Shown here: positions 37,489 to 50,404 of the stretch, piece by piece
How the letters are laid out: the number at the start of each line of letters is the position of its first letter
Numbering within the stretch: position 1 is the first letter of the stretch
Notes under the pieces: generated by a model
What the model saw: the letters and a program-made list of their open reading frames with translations, nothing else
What the model was told of the DNA's origin: nothing
Database searches by the model: none
DNA from: Octopus sinensis
Lineage: Eukaryota
DNA: 64,000 nucleotides
Direction of reading: 5' to 3'
Assembly (NCBI RefSeq): GCF_006345805.1
Contig: NC_042997.1
Coordinates: 87,358,001-87,422,000, forward strand
Translations under genes and position numbers: made by a program

Positions 37489-40400
37489 AATATATATATA
37501 TGATGATATAATTATATCCAACCTTTCCTTGTTGCTGCTTCAGCTTCAGTTAAATGAGTTTTAATTATTTCAACTTTTTCCATTTCATCTTCCAGAAGAG
37601 TCTGATTAGCTGTTTCTAAGTTCTCAGTATTTAATTTCTTCTGTTTTTGTATGAGGTTGAAAATTTCATCAAATGACTGATGAAAACCTTGTGACAGCAA
37701 CTCAACACACATCAAGTGCTTGGATGTTTTCCAAAAGCTACAAAAAAATTAAATGCGAAAAAGAAAATGAAATACAGGTGTAGGTGTTGATGAGCGGTAA
37801 AGAAGCTTCCTAACCATGTGGTCATGGGTTCAGTACCACTGCACAACACTTTGGGCAAGTGTCTTCTACTATATCCCTGAGTTGACCAAAGCCTTGTGAG
37901 TGGACTTGGTACTAACACTGTAAGATACCATCAACTCAAATACCTTAATTTATTGAGTCTAGAGGAATGTAAAATAAAGTTGTTTTTGGCAGGATTTGAA
38001 CTCAGAATGTAAAGAAGTGGAAGAAATACTGCAAGGCCTTTTTTTCTGGCACTATCAATTCTGCCAGCTTGTTGCATTTGCTGCAATTATAATAAAACCA
38101 AAACATGCTCAAAATTTTCTCCCTTACTTTTTATTTTATTGTATTGGTCTGGAGGTAGGGTCTCTGCTCATAGCCTTTTTAGATCCTCCAGTGAAATAAT
38201 TAAAATATTTGAGTCAATATTAATGTTGTTTTTTCCCCCCACCACATTCTTCTTTTTTTTTTCAGCAAACCCTGCATTAAGTATTAACATTGACACTGAC
38301 TTAATTGTTGTTAATTATAGTACATATATGTGTTCTAATATATAACTTATACATGTTAATTATAGCCTGTCCCTAGATGAGAATGAAAGAAATGCATTTT
38401 AAGGGACATTCAACATCTCATTTTTTCATATGCTGTTAGCATGTTGTTTATTAAATCAGCATAGTTTTCAGTTAAATGATTTCCAAGAAAGTTCTATACA
38501 ACTAACATGAATGAATTCCATGCTGTCAGCTCAACTGGATTCAGTTTATCTCTGAATTTGCTATGAAAATGCCTGCTTTCAGTTTTGGGTCACTTTTCTC
38601 TGCACCAAATTTTACTTTTAGGTACTGAAAGCCATAACCATCATGTGTCAATGCTTTTACGGAGTTATCATGAGGCCGAGTTTGATGTGAAGGGGTAAAA
38701 AGATCTTTTGCAGGTCTATCAGTGGAATGTGCTGCACGTTGTACTGACTGACTATGCACACGAATCACATATTTTTAGTATATTTCAGCTGCAGTTCTAG
38801 GAGAAGGGAAATCACTTTTAAATCACCGCAAATATTCCACTTATAAACTGAATAATTAACCCCTTTTTGAGAATGAGTTCCATCGGTTCATAAATTTCTT
38901 CCATACCTACAAACATGACTCACAGGAATGTAAGGTTTTTCATTATCATTATGTAACAACACAGCTTTGAAGATAACCTTACTTGAGCCTATAAACAATC
39001 TCCATTCAATAGCCACAACATGAGTACAGAAACAAGCATTGTTTTCTTGCTTGAAAAAGACAGATAAGCCTTCAAGGCAACAACGGAAAACTGAAATTTT
39101 TGTACCTTGAGATTCCATTGCTGTAGTCCGGATCCCAAAACTTTGGCTTTTCCCTTTGAAAATGCTAGGTCATTCAAATCTTCTTGATTAAACAAGCATG
39201 GCCCATTTTCTTAGAATCAACTAGGTACTCTTCGTTGATGGGAGAATCAGGGGGTTCATCATTCGATGTGTTGAGGTCTTCAAGTGAATCATGTGAGAAG
39301 GGAACTGGGACAGGGTTCTTGAAGTTATGTGGGACTGGTTTTAGAGCCGACTTATAATCTATGTACACAATTTTTGCATTGGTTTTCTTTGAGAAACCTC
39401 TAATATTAGTCATGCAAAAGTAACAATCAGAGATATGATTCATTGGCTCAAGCCCTACTATTGGTACAGCAAAGGGCATTCCCTTCTGTTTTTCATTCAG
39501 CTACTGTGTAAGTCCTGCTTGGTGCAGCATATATGAAGTGCTCACCCCTTTATGCCAGAAATAATATTGATAGGTAGTTTTTAATTTGGTGGCAATGTTC
39601 TTCCGCTGGTCAGACGGAGCAAATTTTCTACAGACATAACAACAGTTGTCTGGGTGATTCACACAGCTTCTCCTATTCATTATCTAACACAATGAACACA
39701 GTTAAAACAGTAATCACACAGAGTGAGAGATACACACACCACATATGACAGCAGCGCAAACAACACTGAGAGTTACCAAGAACAAACTGATGTATTTGGC
39801 ATGTGCTAAACTAAATAATGAACTTTCTCATTGTTTGTTTTATTGTTATTTCTTTAATTTTGAATTGAGACTGCTTTTATTTTAGTAAATTTTATAATAC
39901 GGCCTATATCTAGCAGAAAGTATAGTTATAACCTTGCGCATAACTCAAAGTCCTGATGTGCTAGAACAATTCTGAGTGAAGATTCAGAATCAGCATCCTC
40001 GATTTAGTCTAAAACAGATGCTTTTACCCCAGTAGCAAAATCTTTGTTGCCCAGTGTTATAGGTGGTGAGTTGAGACATTGAAAGAGTGTTAGCAAAAGA
40101 AAAGGGTGCTATTTAAAAATATTGAGAAGCACTGATACACACTTATCAAAGTACTGTGTCTGAAAGGATAGGCAACATATGCTCATGTTAGCGTTATGTT
40201 GTTAATGACATTTTTTCATCTATTTTGGTGTGTATAGCATTTATGTTAGTATTTGGAGCTTTGTAGAAGTGTCTGGGATTTGAGGGTGATATAACATGTA
40301 GTCACAGGGAGTTATACTGAGTATGTCCAAATGCTTTTTTTTTTAGTATTTGTTTCATTTTGTGAGTGATCTGTGTGTAGCCTATGAGTATGGAAAGTGA

Positions 40401-42209
40401 ACTACTTTGTATTATTTGTAATTTACTGTGAAAAGATGGAGGACTATAAATAATTTTTACCAAAAGAGGCAACAGCTTTCTGAATTTCTTATATTGCTTT
40501 TTTACTCTAGCTATCATAATATAACAACTACCAACAACACCACCTTTGTAAACTTGATCAATGCTTCTCAAACTGACAAATAATAGCACCTACCCAAATA
40601 TATACTCTTTTACTTGTTTCAGTCATTTGACTGTGGCCATGCTGGAGCACTACCTTTAGTCGAGCAAATCGACCCCAGGACTTATTCTTTGTAAGCCTAG
40701 TACTTATTCTATTAGTCTCTTTTGCTGAACCGCTAAGTTACAGGGATGCAAACATACCAGCATCGGTTGTCAAGCGATGTTGGTGGGAAAAACACAGACA
40801 CACACATATATATATATACATAAATACGATGGGCTTCTTTCAGTTTCCATCTACCAAATCCACTCACAAGGCTTTGGTCACCCCGAGGCTATAGTAGAAG
40901 ACACTTGCCCAAGATGCCACGCAGTGGGACTGAACCTTGAACCATGTGGTTGGTAAGCAAGCTACTTACCACACAGCCACTCCTGCACCTATGTATGAAA
41001 ACTTTTGTTTTCCACCCTGTTTATTAATAAGAAGACAAAATAAAGTTTGCAACTATATAATTCTTCTCCCTTTGACAAGGTGTTGGATAAATTTTAAGTT
41101 GTTTACTCCTTTTTGTCTTCCCCAATATTATGTCCTCACAGAACATCCCTTGTAGGGCATACTGATCAAGGTAACAGGCACCATAGGCTATTTCTAGCAA
41201 GCAATAAAAACAGTTTTTTGACATCATTTCATGGGTGTCACTACAGCTGAATATTCTTGTACCTCAAATATATTCAAAGTGTTAGTTCCCAGTCAATCTG
41301 TCATAGATCCTTCAACACCAAGTGTATTCTTAGTTAGCACTGACGACACAGTGTTGAATTCCTATATGCTAGGATTAAAGCCTATTGATTTCCATTGACT
41401 AGGCATGAAAGTCAATTTTTGAAACTGAGTGAGTTATAGTTGACTGATTTAATCTTTGTGGGTATGTGGGTATTTTGAAAAGACCTCATGGAGTGATGAC
41501 TGTGTGTTGCATAGTTACAGGTTGCCCTTTGGCAAGGCATAGCACCCATTCAGCTACCCTGCCAGGGATATGGCAAGGTCATGGGACTGCAGCATTGTGG
41601 ATTGTGAAGAGGTAGTGGAAGAATTCAGCTGAGCCAACGGTGCTTCTTACATTGAAGCTGAGCAGAGGAATCCTAGAAGATCAACAATCAACAACCCTAA
41701 CCCAAGCTCTATCATGAGAGTAACTGCAATGCATCCATGGGAGTGGTGTCCATGGTTGTGTAATCAGCTAATTCACTATGACTCAAGCTCTCAGTTCAAT
41801 TTCATAATAATGGAATTGGATGGCGATGGTGTCATGGGAATCCACAAGAGCAACACAACCGAAGAGAGAGATTTAATTGTTAAAAAAGCAAAAATTTGAT
41901 CTAAGCAATATGGGGAATCAGAATATACCAGGATAAATTTAAATAATGTAAAATATTTAGTCTAATGTTCCTTATTTCTGCCAACTCACCAACCTACTGA
42001 AATAAATCATATCAAAATACAAAAATATAATACTTGGCTGTTTCTTTTCTTGTCATCAAAGGTAATTGTTCCCGCAGGTTTAGTTGCTCCATAAGCATTT
42101 TTCTTTCTTGTTTGCTGAGAGGTACATTTAAAGGTTGGAGTAGTATTTTTGTTTTGGGAGAGATACTTCCTTGAGGCTGCATTTTGTTATGGTCCAAATC
42201 TAATGTCAT
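18451..42209 (-). CDS. TTC29: Tetratricopeptide repeat protein 29; spliced CDS join(42209-42034,37737-37523,32504-32319,30687-30475,24997-24912,23176-23085,20855-20732,18726-18451), 455 aa
   Basis: All introns are GT-AG with matching phases (2,1,1,1,0,2,0); total 1368 nt in one open frame. Motifs [79 protein letters not shown] and LLKWK match vertebrate TTC29 as I recall it, in the same order. Confidence 0.93.
20255..20592 (-). mobile_element. tRNA-derived SINE (GTGAAGGTGCATGACTCAGTGGTTAGAGC head)
   Basis: Homologous to 28337-28680(+) and 35330-35668(-). Confidence 0.85.
20732..20855 (-). CDS. TTC29: TTC29 coding exon 7
   Basis: ttcag|A AAA GGC...[41 protein letters not shown]|gtaagc. Confidence 0.93.
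22070..22300 (+). mobile_element. RTE-related LINE/SINE 3' tail ending in (GAT)n
   Basis: GGAAGGGCATCCAGCCATAGAAACC...TTAAATGATGATG. Copies near 3625, 21175, 28110, 29910, 32185, 43780(-), 48840 and 51615. Confidence 0.75.
23085..23176 (-). CDS. TTC29: TTC29 coding exon 6
   Basis: cacag|[32 protein letters not shown]|gtaag. Confidence 0.93.
23310..23520. mobile_element. MITE with long imperfect TIRs
   Basis: cccacataaattaaaatttctttgttttgacagg pairs with cctgtcaaaacagagaaattccaatttatgtggg. Confidence 0.7.
24912..24997 (-). CDS. TTC29: TTC29 coding exon 5
   Basis: ttttcag|GT AAA...[28 protein letters not shown]|gtaagt. Not in the ORF track. Confidence 0.92.
25487..25701. mobile_element. piggyBac-like MITE
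   Basis: CCCTTTGACATT...AATACTAAAGGG|TTAA. Confidence 0.75.
25777..25871 (-). tRNA. tRNA-Tyr(GTA) with 22-nt intron (25834-25813), inside TTC29 intron 4
   Basis: CTCGCGA TAGCTCAGTTGGTAGAGCGGAGGACTGTAG[attgtcaatatcataaactgta]ATCCTTAGGTCGGTGGTTCGAATCCGTC TCGCGAG A. Perfect acceptor stem, C1-G72/A73 identity, and a T9 terminator just downstream. Confidence 0.92.
30475..30687 (-). CDS. TTC29: TTC29 coding exon 4
   Basis: tacag|GT GAA...[21 protein letters not shown]...[14 protein letters not shown]|gtaaat. Confidence 0.93.
32319..32504 (-). CDS. TTC29: TTC29 coding exon 3
   Basis: caccag|AG GAT...[62 protein letters not shown]|gtatgt. This is a different frame from the listed ORF. Confidence 0.93.
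35669..35720. repeat. Perfect 52-bp palindrome
   Basis: taatgcttagtgtacactggtacact|agtgtaccagtgtacactaagcatta. Confidence 0.95.
36078..36164 (-). pseudogene. Elongator tRNA-Met(CAT) pseudogene with 21-nt intron (36134-36114)
   Basis: AGTGCAGTAGGCAGTGTGTCAGTCTCATA[atcaagcatgaaatcatagga]ATCTGAAGGTTGTGAGTTCGATCCACACCTGGGACA matches metazoan tRNA-Met-e. The 5' acceptor strand is missing and there is CpG-to-TpG decay. Confidence 0.82.
36730..36982. mobile_element. TA-flanked MITE
   Basis: tactgtcgaaagtctggaaatt...agtttccaggacttcaacagta imperfect TIRs. Confidence 0.55.
37523..37737 (-). CDS. TTC29: TTC29 coding exon 2
   Basis: tttgtag|C TTT TGG...[28 protein letters not shown]...[11 protein letters not shown]|gttgga. 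Confidence 0.93.
38520..40056 (-). mobile_element. Chapaev3-like (CMC group) DNA transposon, degenerate, 3' truncated
   Basis: 5' terminus TAA|CACTGGGCAACAAA at 40056. ATG 39680 [17 protein letters not shown]..., then [45 protein letters not shown] and [17 protein letters not shown] in shifting frames. Confidence 0.8.
42034..42209 (-). CDS. TTC29: TTC29 first coding exon
   Basis: ATG at 42209 ([10 protein letters not shown]...[12 protein letters not shown]|gtatta). An acceptor tttcag at 42229-42231 just upstream implies a 5'UTR exon further up. Confidence 0.82.
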
Positions 42210-43104
42210 TTTTTTTTGAAAAAACAATCTGAAATAAAACAAAGAGAAATTTGGTGATTTGAAAATGTTTAAAACTTAAAATATAATTTTTTCCTTAACA
42301 AATCATGAGTCAGAAATGAAGATACAGAAGCAACAAGTTTCAAATTTTTGGCACAAGTCTAGCAATTTTAGAGGAGGGGTTAAGTCAATTATATCAATCC
42401 AAGTACTCAACTGGTACTTATTTTATTGACTCTGAAAGGATGAAAGGTAAAGTCAACCTCAGCAGAATTTGAACTCAGAATGTAAAGACATATGAAATGC
42501 CACAAAACATTTTGCCTGGTGTGCTAATATTTCTGCCATCTTACTGCCTTTTATACAGAAGTAACAGAGTGATGATGTAGTAAGAGTTCCAACTGTTACC
42601 AGCTAGTAGTTAAAGAGAAAATGTGAGAAGAAAATTTCGGAAGGATACAATTTGGGATAAGATAGATTGGGAATGTATGTACTCTTCAGGTTTTACAATT
42701 TGATACAGGGTACCTTAGTGGAATCAAAGTGGCTCTAGTAGTGGTAGAAGAGAGAAATAAAAGATACAACTCATGTGTTAATAGAGGTGTTAGTAATTTA
42801 CTTAAAAGATGGACTACTTTTTCTTGGATGGAGTAAAAGTGTGTGTGTGTGTGCGCACATGTGTGTAATGGGACCCCTGTCCAAAAATTCAAACAATATT
42901 AGCATAAAGTATATATGGGTTTCTAGAAGATTAAAAGAAATTCAAAACTGATGTATTTTCAGTCCTTACGAGCAATGTTTGCTGTCTGAGTGTAATATTT
43001 TGGTGCATGTTTGGCTCATAAGTATAAGTATTTTGGATTTACTCTCTTGAAACAATTTGCATATTTTGAGCTCAAGTTGTCTAACCCCAATGCCAAATGA
43101 CATA

Positions 43105-43303
43105 TGAGGGAGTGCTGAAAAGTTCCTGGCTTTAAGGTTGGGGGCTCAACCTTCCAAGTTCTTTTGCAGGGTTTAGAAAAGCTGAAGGACTACTGCAATA
43201 TGTATGTGAATTTGAAAGGGGAATATGTTCAATAAAATCATAACTAACTGATCCTCCTGTATTTTATTTTAGCCAAAGTCAGGAACTTTTCAGTACTCCC
43301 TCA
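43105..43303 (+). mobile_element. Mariner-derived MITE
   Basis: TA|TGAGGGAGTGCTGAAAAGTTCCTG...CAGGAACTTTTCAGTACTCCCTCA|TA. Internal remnant of a mariner C-terminus (VNLKGEYVQ*). Confidence 0.85.
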
Positions 43304-44359
43304 TAAATGAAAGCTATTTTGAGGTAGCATACAAATGAATCCCATATGCAGAAAGTGAGGATGTTATTAGCATCAACATAGTTGAAAAACGTAGTTGGTG
43401 ATAATAGCATGAATTGATAGGATGGGTTAGATAAATTGCTTGTAAAAATATTTGCTTAGAAGAGGAGAGCCAATGGGAAGTGTCTAGCCAAGGCTGGACA
43501 TAGGAAACATGACTGAAAGCTTTTAGCATGTTAGGACAACAGTTTTACTTCAGTGAGTTTTCAACTGAAAGAGGGCATTGTTAAAGAGAGAGAGAGTTTA
43601 AAAAGCAACGAAATCAAAGTTCATTTCAGTAACTGTCTGTTTTAGGAAAATGATGGGCATGCTTGTTATTGTGCTATGACAATGGGATAAAAGGAGGGCA
43701 AATGAGCAAGGATTTCTTGTTTGTGTAAAATGAAGTGAAAGCCAAATATAGATTGACTTGAGGATACTACTTCATCTTCATCATTTGATGCTGGCATAGA
43801 CTGGATGGTTAGACAGGAGCTGGCTAGGCAGAAGACTGCACCAGGCTTCACTGTCTGCTTTGGCCTGCTTTTTATGGCTGGATGCCCTTCCTAATACCAA
43901 CCGCCTCACAGAGCAGACTGAGTGCTTTGTATGTGGTACCGGCAATGGTGAGACCTGTTTGGGTGTCGTTTTTATGGCTTGATACCCTCCCTAATGCCAA
44001 CCACTTTACAGAGTAGCCTGGGTGCTTTTTATGTGGTACTAGCACCAGCGAGGTCTGCTTTGGCATGGTTAAGAAATAGGCAAAAGTAATTTGGCAAAAA
44101 AGATCTAAATTTATAAGTGAAATTTTGATAAAGTTATTTCATATCATCCTTATCATTTTTTCTTAACATTCCTGGGTTTTGTTACCTCAAGTATGTTCTA
44201 TTGTTATTGAAATTGTTTTAGAAGCATATTTTGTACAAACATAAGCATCTAGTTTTCTAAATAGGCAAGGGAATGTTGTTTCTTAGAGGTCTATTAACAA
44301 CAATACACTCTTGCAGGTTTATTTTGCAATAATATCAAACATAAATAAGGTTGTATTAA

Positions 44360-44563
44360 CCCTTTAGCATTTAAACTGGCCATATCCAACCCAAATGTTT
44401 TATGTGCAAACTAGCCATATATGGCCTCTCACACTCTATATCATTCTACAAATAAATTATATCATCAAAATCTCAAAGGTACAAGATAATTCATAATTAA
44501 CCCAAAATAATGTGAATAAATAAGTAGTACATTCGACAGAGTAATCTGAAATGCTATAAAGGG
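44360..44563. mobile_element. piggyBac-like MITE
   Basis: TTAA|CCCTTTAGCAT...AAAGGG|TTAA. Confidence 0.8.
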
Positions 44564-45119
44564 TTAAATACAGTACACCAATCAAATGGACTTATCTATT
44601 CCATTTCAATGTGAAAACTTATTAAAAGTATTTCCTATAAAAGGGAACAACTTTTACCAGAATTATTAATACAGATTCCAAACACTCGATGGTGCTAAAT
44701 ACCAGAATGAGAACTATTAATAGAGATTTCATATAATTGAAGGTATTAATTTTTGGAATATGTATCAGTATTAAAAGGCTGCAAATATAAGAATGCAAAC
44801 AGTAAAATGCTACAAATTTATTAAAACATGAAAGTAGAATGTTTTATTGTTACAAAAAGGTTTATGTCATAGACAATAAGAAAAGCAGTGTATTACTGTT
44901 AGAAATATGACAACAAGGTGTTTAGAGCAGAATAGGTAGAGTGTATTATTGTTTATATAATGAACAAATAGGATTAATACAGTGCAAAATAGACACATTT
45001 CTACAGTTTTTTTCTCAACATGTATGTTCCAAAATATTCATGAAACATAGTTTGGTGAGTCTCAAACATTTAAGCATCTTTTAATTTGGCTTTTAACACA
45101 TGATTTATGATTGTTAGTT

Positions 45120-45510
45120 ATTAGATACACAAAATATAGTTCACAGTCAGTTGAATCTACCCATTTACTTGCAAATTCTCATGTTTGACCCTTGTGGACA
45201 GATATACAAAATTAAGAAACAACACAGCATCCATGACTTTTGGAAAGATCTTTTCACGCTTGAAATTACTGAAACATGGAATAAACTATCCTCATCAGTT
45301 GTTAGCTGTGAGGATACTACATTCTTCAAAACTTCTATGTTTCCTGAAATTCGCTAGCAATGTCCTCATTTCTTGTTTTTTTTTAATGACTTAGTCTCTG
45401 ATCACTTACTGTGTATACTCCATGTACTGTTCATGCAATTTTAGTTACTTTTTCTCATGAGTTGTAGTGTACCTGAGCACTGAAAACAATAAATTCATTA
45501 TTATTACTAT
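45120..45510 (+). mobile_element. CR1-clade LINE 3' fragment
   Basis: GQIYKIKKQH...DLFTLEITETWNKLSSSVV...FFK resembles the CR1 C-terminus; (ATT)n tail. Related remnant at about 52000-52308. Confidence 0.75.
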
Positions 45511-48221
45511 ATATGTATCTTCTACACATCACTAATCTTGATGAAAGTATTTTGCAAATATTGGGAATAATGTAGCCTTACTTTTATTTGAAGCCTCATT
45601 AGTAATATTCACATCCTTTGAGGTATTTCTAACATCATTCAGTTTTCATTATTTTTTGTTTTGCTTTCATAATTATCAGTTGCCAATTCCAAGCAATCTA
45701 GAAGAGGTCTATGCAGTAACCTCATTGAACCATTTTCCACAGGTTTACCTGATGGCTGAAAGAGCAGTACTTCTTAATCATGCACTTAGGGCTGGATTAA
45801 GATCCACAGAGGTCCTAAACACTAAAAGATTTTGCTGCCCCCATATATATGTAATTCAAAATATAAAATATTAAAGCATGAAATAAATTTTTATTTTTCA
45901 AAATGAAACAAAACTAACAGTAAGATGGAAAATAATGTTTATTTTTGTATAATTCTGCTTTATTATTATTTGGAAAATTTTCTCCTACTTTTTTTTGCAA
46001 AGTCTTTAATCCTCACTATGACATATGAACACATCAACATTATATTTCTGATCATATAAATTACTTTGAATATTATTTTAGCAAGTCGGTGAGCTGGCAG
46101 AAACAGCATGCTGGGCGAAATGCTTAGTGGTATTTTGTCTGTCTTTACATTCTGAGTTCAAATTCTGCCAAGGTTGACTTTGCCTTTCATCCTTTTGGGG
46201 TTGATAAATTAAGTACCAGTTGTGTACTGGGGTCGATCTAATCAACTGGCTCCCTCCCCCAAGATTTTGGGCCTTGTGCCTAGAGTAGAAAAGAATATTA
46301 TTTTAGCAAGTTTAAAGTAATTTCTTTTGTGTTGTAAAATATTTACCATTTCTGTGCTTCATCCCACTTGATGCCCTAAGGCCACGCTTATTTTGCTTAA
46401 TGGTTAATCCAGCACTGCATGCATGGTTATATAAGTGGAACTCCAAGTACTCATGCTCTCTCCTTCAGCAGATGGAGCCACACCAAAATGACAGAGATGG
46501 TTATTGCCAACTAGTCTTGATAAAAAATTTGTTTCAGTTGAATAAGACATAAATTTACTGTCACCACCTACATATGTTGATTTCCATTCTTTTATCTCAC
46601 CAACGTTTTTCAGTCAACATTACGTATTTGACCCCAAAAGACTCAATTTCAAGAACATACCCATTACACTACTTCAGCACATTTAACTAAGTTTTTGTAT
46701 TTTATGAATGCTGTACTTGAAAATTGTTACTTTTCTTTGTGTCTATTATTGTTTCATTCAAACTTTTATTTCTTGAACTTTTGGAAGTAAGCATGAGCTA
46801 TTTAACTGCATTGAATTATTGTAACACTTAGAGTGGTAAAGGTCCACTGCTTGGTGGTTCATAGAAACTAATACATAAATACATACGTACACATACACAC
46901 ACATATATATATACATACATACAATCAATGGTAACTTCACCACCTCATCCCAGGTCTACCTCTTCCACAGGTTCCCTCAACCGCTAGCGTGTGGCACTTT
47001 TTCACACAGCTATATATTTTATTGATATTATAATACAATTGAATGCCACGCATCCATTTCCAAGTAAGTTTATCTTAATAATTTTGATGCAACTCTACCC
47101 TGTACTGTTCTTTCTCTCCCTTTCTCTAATTCTTTTTTCTCCCCTTCTCCCCCTTTTGTTTTTTCTCTCTCATCCTTTCTTTAATTCTTTTTTTTTCCCC
47201 TTCACCATTTTCTATCTGTCTCTCTCGCTTCCTCCTTTACTCTCTCTTGTTGCTCACATGTGACCATCATCCATCTTTCTTCTCCTCACGTGGTCATCTT
47301 TCTTTTATTTCAGTCAGTTGCACAGACCAGACACATTCTTATCTGTCTCCTCTCGTATCTTTTCTCTTACCAAAGAATATTCTTCTAGCGTTTGCCACCT
47401 TATCTCATCTAGCCTAACAGCCCTCCCTGTTTATTTCCATTTGGTTTGTTGTATGTCCTGTTTTTGTTACTAATTTTGACCCTCCGCAAATCCCAAATTT
47501 TATTTTGGTTAGTGGGAGCAACTGTTTCTTGAAGACACATATTGTTGTGAATTATCTGAAATGTGGAGTAAACAGCTGACAACTGATGAAGGGTCGTTCT
47601 TTATGTTACTTTTCTTGTTTTCCATTTGTTTCTCTTGTTGTTCGTATACCCTGGGTTGCCTTCCTATTTCATGTTGTTTACGTTTTGAAACGTCCTGTAC
47701 CCATATATGCATATATTTATATACATATATATGTACATATATGTATGTATATATGCATATATATATATATGTATATATACATACATACACACATATACGG
47801 TGGGTTTCTTTCAGTTTTCCACCTGCCAAATCCCCTCACAAGGTTTTGATCAACCTGAGACTATAGTAGAAGACACTTGCCCAAGGTACCATGCAGTGAG
47901 ACTGAACCAGGAATAATGTAGTTAAGAAGCAAGCCTCTTACCACATAGCCACACCTACACCAATATATAAAAAAATACCAATAGCAAAATTTTCTATAAT
48001 CAATTGAGAGAAAGAGTACTTTTTGTCCAGAGATGTGTAGGAGGGAGAGAACATAATGTAAATTTCATGATATTTATGATGTAATTGGTAATTGTTTTTA
48101 GTATTAACATGTTTCAATTTGAGGTGGTACTTTACATAAAGAACAACTGATTTCCTACAGTTTACCTGTTTAAATCATTGGACTGCATCCTTAGTAGAGC
48201 ACTGGCGTGAAGGTTTTAGTC

Positions 48222-48554
48222 CAGGGATTTTCAACCATTTTTTAAATCTATGGACCCCTTTGATTGCTATTTTATTCTGGTGGGCTTCCATAGTCTCTTG
48301 ATGTTTAAAAACTAGTTTTGTAGAAATTTCTTTCAAAGTTCCTATTTTGTTTTTCACACATTAACATGTGTAGGTTGAAATATGTAAAACATTACAGAAA
48401 GCAGCCAAGCTGTTTCTTGCAATATGTACAAATACACACATCGAAAGCAAAATTTTGTCAGGGGCCCTTAGAAAATTTATTATTTTGTTGCATGGACCCC
48501 AAAGATCTTATATGGATCCTGAGGGGCCATATGGACCGTATTTGAGAACCTCTG
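48222..48554. mobile_element. hAT-like MITE with 8-bp TSD
   Basis: ttttagtc|CAGGGATTTTCAA...TTGAGAACCTCTG|gtttagtc. Confidence 0.8.
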
Positions 48555-48784
48555 GTTTAGTCAGTCAAATTGACCCCAGAACTTACTTTTAAGTCTCTAA
48601 GTCTAGTATTGGTCTCCTGTGTGGGGGTAAACACAAAGACACACATAGATGTGTGGCTTGGCTTAACAATCAACCTTCTAAATACATACACACATATATA
48701 AAGATATATATATATATGGTTTACATAAACTCGGAGTTTTATCATGGCTACCGAATAATTGTCACATATTACATTTACAGATAT

Positions 48785-48841
<57 letters not shown>

Positions 48842-49952
48842 GTCGTTGCCAGTACTGCCTGACTGGCCCCCGTGCCGGTGGCAAGTAAAAGCACCCACTA
48901 CACTCTCGGAAAGGTTGGCGTTAGTAAGGGCATCCAGCTGTAGAAACTCTGCTAGATCAAGATTGGAGCCTGGTGCAGCCATCTGGCTCGCCAGCCCTCA
49001 GTCAAATTGTCCAACCCATGCTAGCATGGAAATCAGATGTTAAACAATGATGATATATATAAACCATAAAAAGCCAGGAGGTATGAGAGGTGAATTTGTA
49101 TAACCAATTGACATTCGCAGCCATGTTCATGTAGTAATAATTTCAGAGTGGAAGAAATTATGCTTACATGTTTGCATTAATATTCTAAGTATACACACAA
49201 ATGGTTAAATAAATAGGCCTACATTCACCTCTCACGCCTCCTGACTTAGCATTATACAGTACAATTGTATATTCAACAAATCAATGGAATAAAGAAAGTT
49301 AGCTCATTCGGTCACCAGAACATCATGGTTGCACCAAGAGTTCAACTCTAAGTATACACAGTCTTCTCTTTACATATACAATGTATGGAAAACCAATACT
49401 ACAATAAAATTAACTTGGTTTGGTCAACAGAAATAATGTTGTTACATATAAGTGAAGGTACTAGGTAGACATTAACTATCCTTAATGTTAACGAAAAACA
49501 GGAAGGAATAAAAAGTAGTGAGATACAAAAATAAATAGCTTAAAAATTATATAAAGATACATATATATATATGAATAGATATAATATAAATGAAATGAGT
49601 TTGTCTTCCCCAAAGGATGTCAAATGGTTAAATAAATAGGCTTATATTCACCTCTCATACCTTCACATATTAGTAGAAAACACTTGCTCAAGGAGTTAGG
49701 CTGTGGGCGTAAACTGGAAATCGTGCAGTTGTGAAGCAGACTTCTTACCACACTGCCACTCCTGACAAGATTCGTTCAAAACACATCAAAAACCATAAAT
49801 TTCCCCTTCAAACTGGAACTGGAGGCATTTACCAATTTTTTAAAATTTTCACTAATATTTCATAGTAGAGAGAGAGAGAGAGAGAGAGAGTGATGGTGAT
49901 GTCAATGATAAAAATAAGTACCCAATATGATTTGACAGTTTGCACTTATATA

Positions 49953-50404
49953 CAATGGCGGAATTCTGGTTTAAGCACCCTATATAAAAATCTCATAACT
50001 TTTTTACTTTTGGGAATTTGCACAAAAATTTTGTGAAGTTGTGTTCTAAATTTTAAAAAAATCTCTCCAAATAAATTCTAAAAGTTTCACTCTTTTTAGT
50101 TTTTTTTTTTGCTTAAAAGCCAACAATGGGCCATCCTTGGGCGCATTATCATTCAATTAAATGTGTTTATGGGGAGAAAAATATTGAAAAACATCAATAC
50201 GTCAGAGTGGCAAAACTCAACTGGCCGTGAGATGTGCTAAAAATAACAGCTAGTTCACACACAAACAAAAGTATGTTTTTTTTTTTTTTTTTTACATAAT
50301 CGTATGAATTCCCGCGTGTAGAACACGGAAATTCAAAAGATTATACTCCTTCCCGAAGTTATGAGGTGTTATATGGGGGTGCTTAAACCAGAATTCCACC
50401 GCTT
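49953..50404. mobile_element. Non-autonomous DNA transposon with TIRs
   Basis: ggcggaattctggtttaagcacc pairs with ggtgcttaaaccagaattccacc. An internal segment matches 1298-1330. Confidence 0.7.

Noticed and set aside
47583-47691. CTGATGA...GAAAC hammerhead candidate
   Set aside because: About 100 nt between the core motifs with no convincing stem II.
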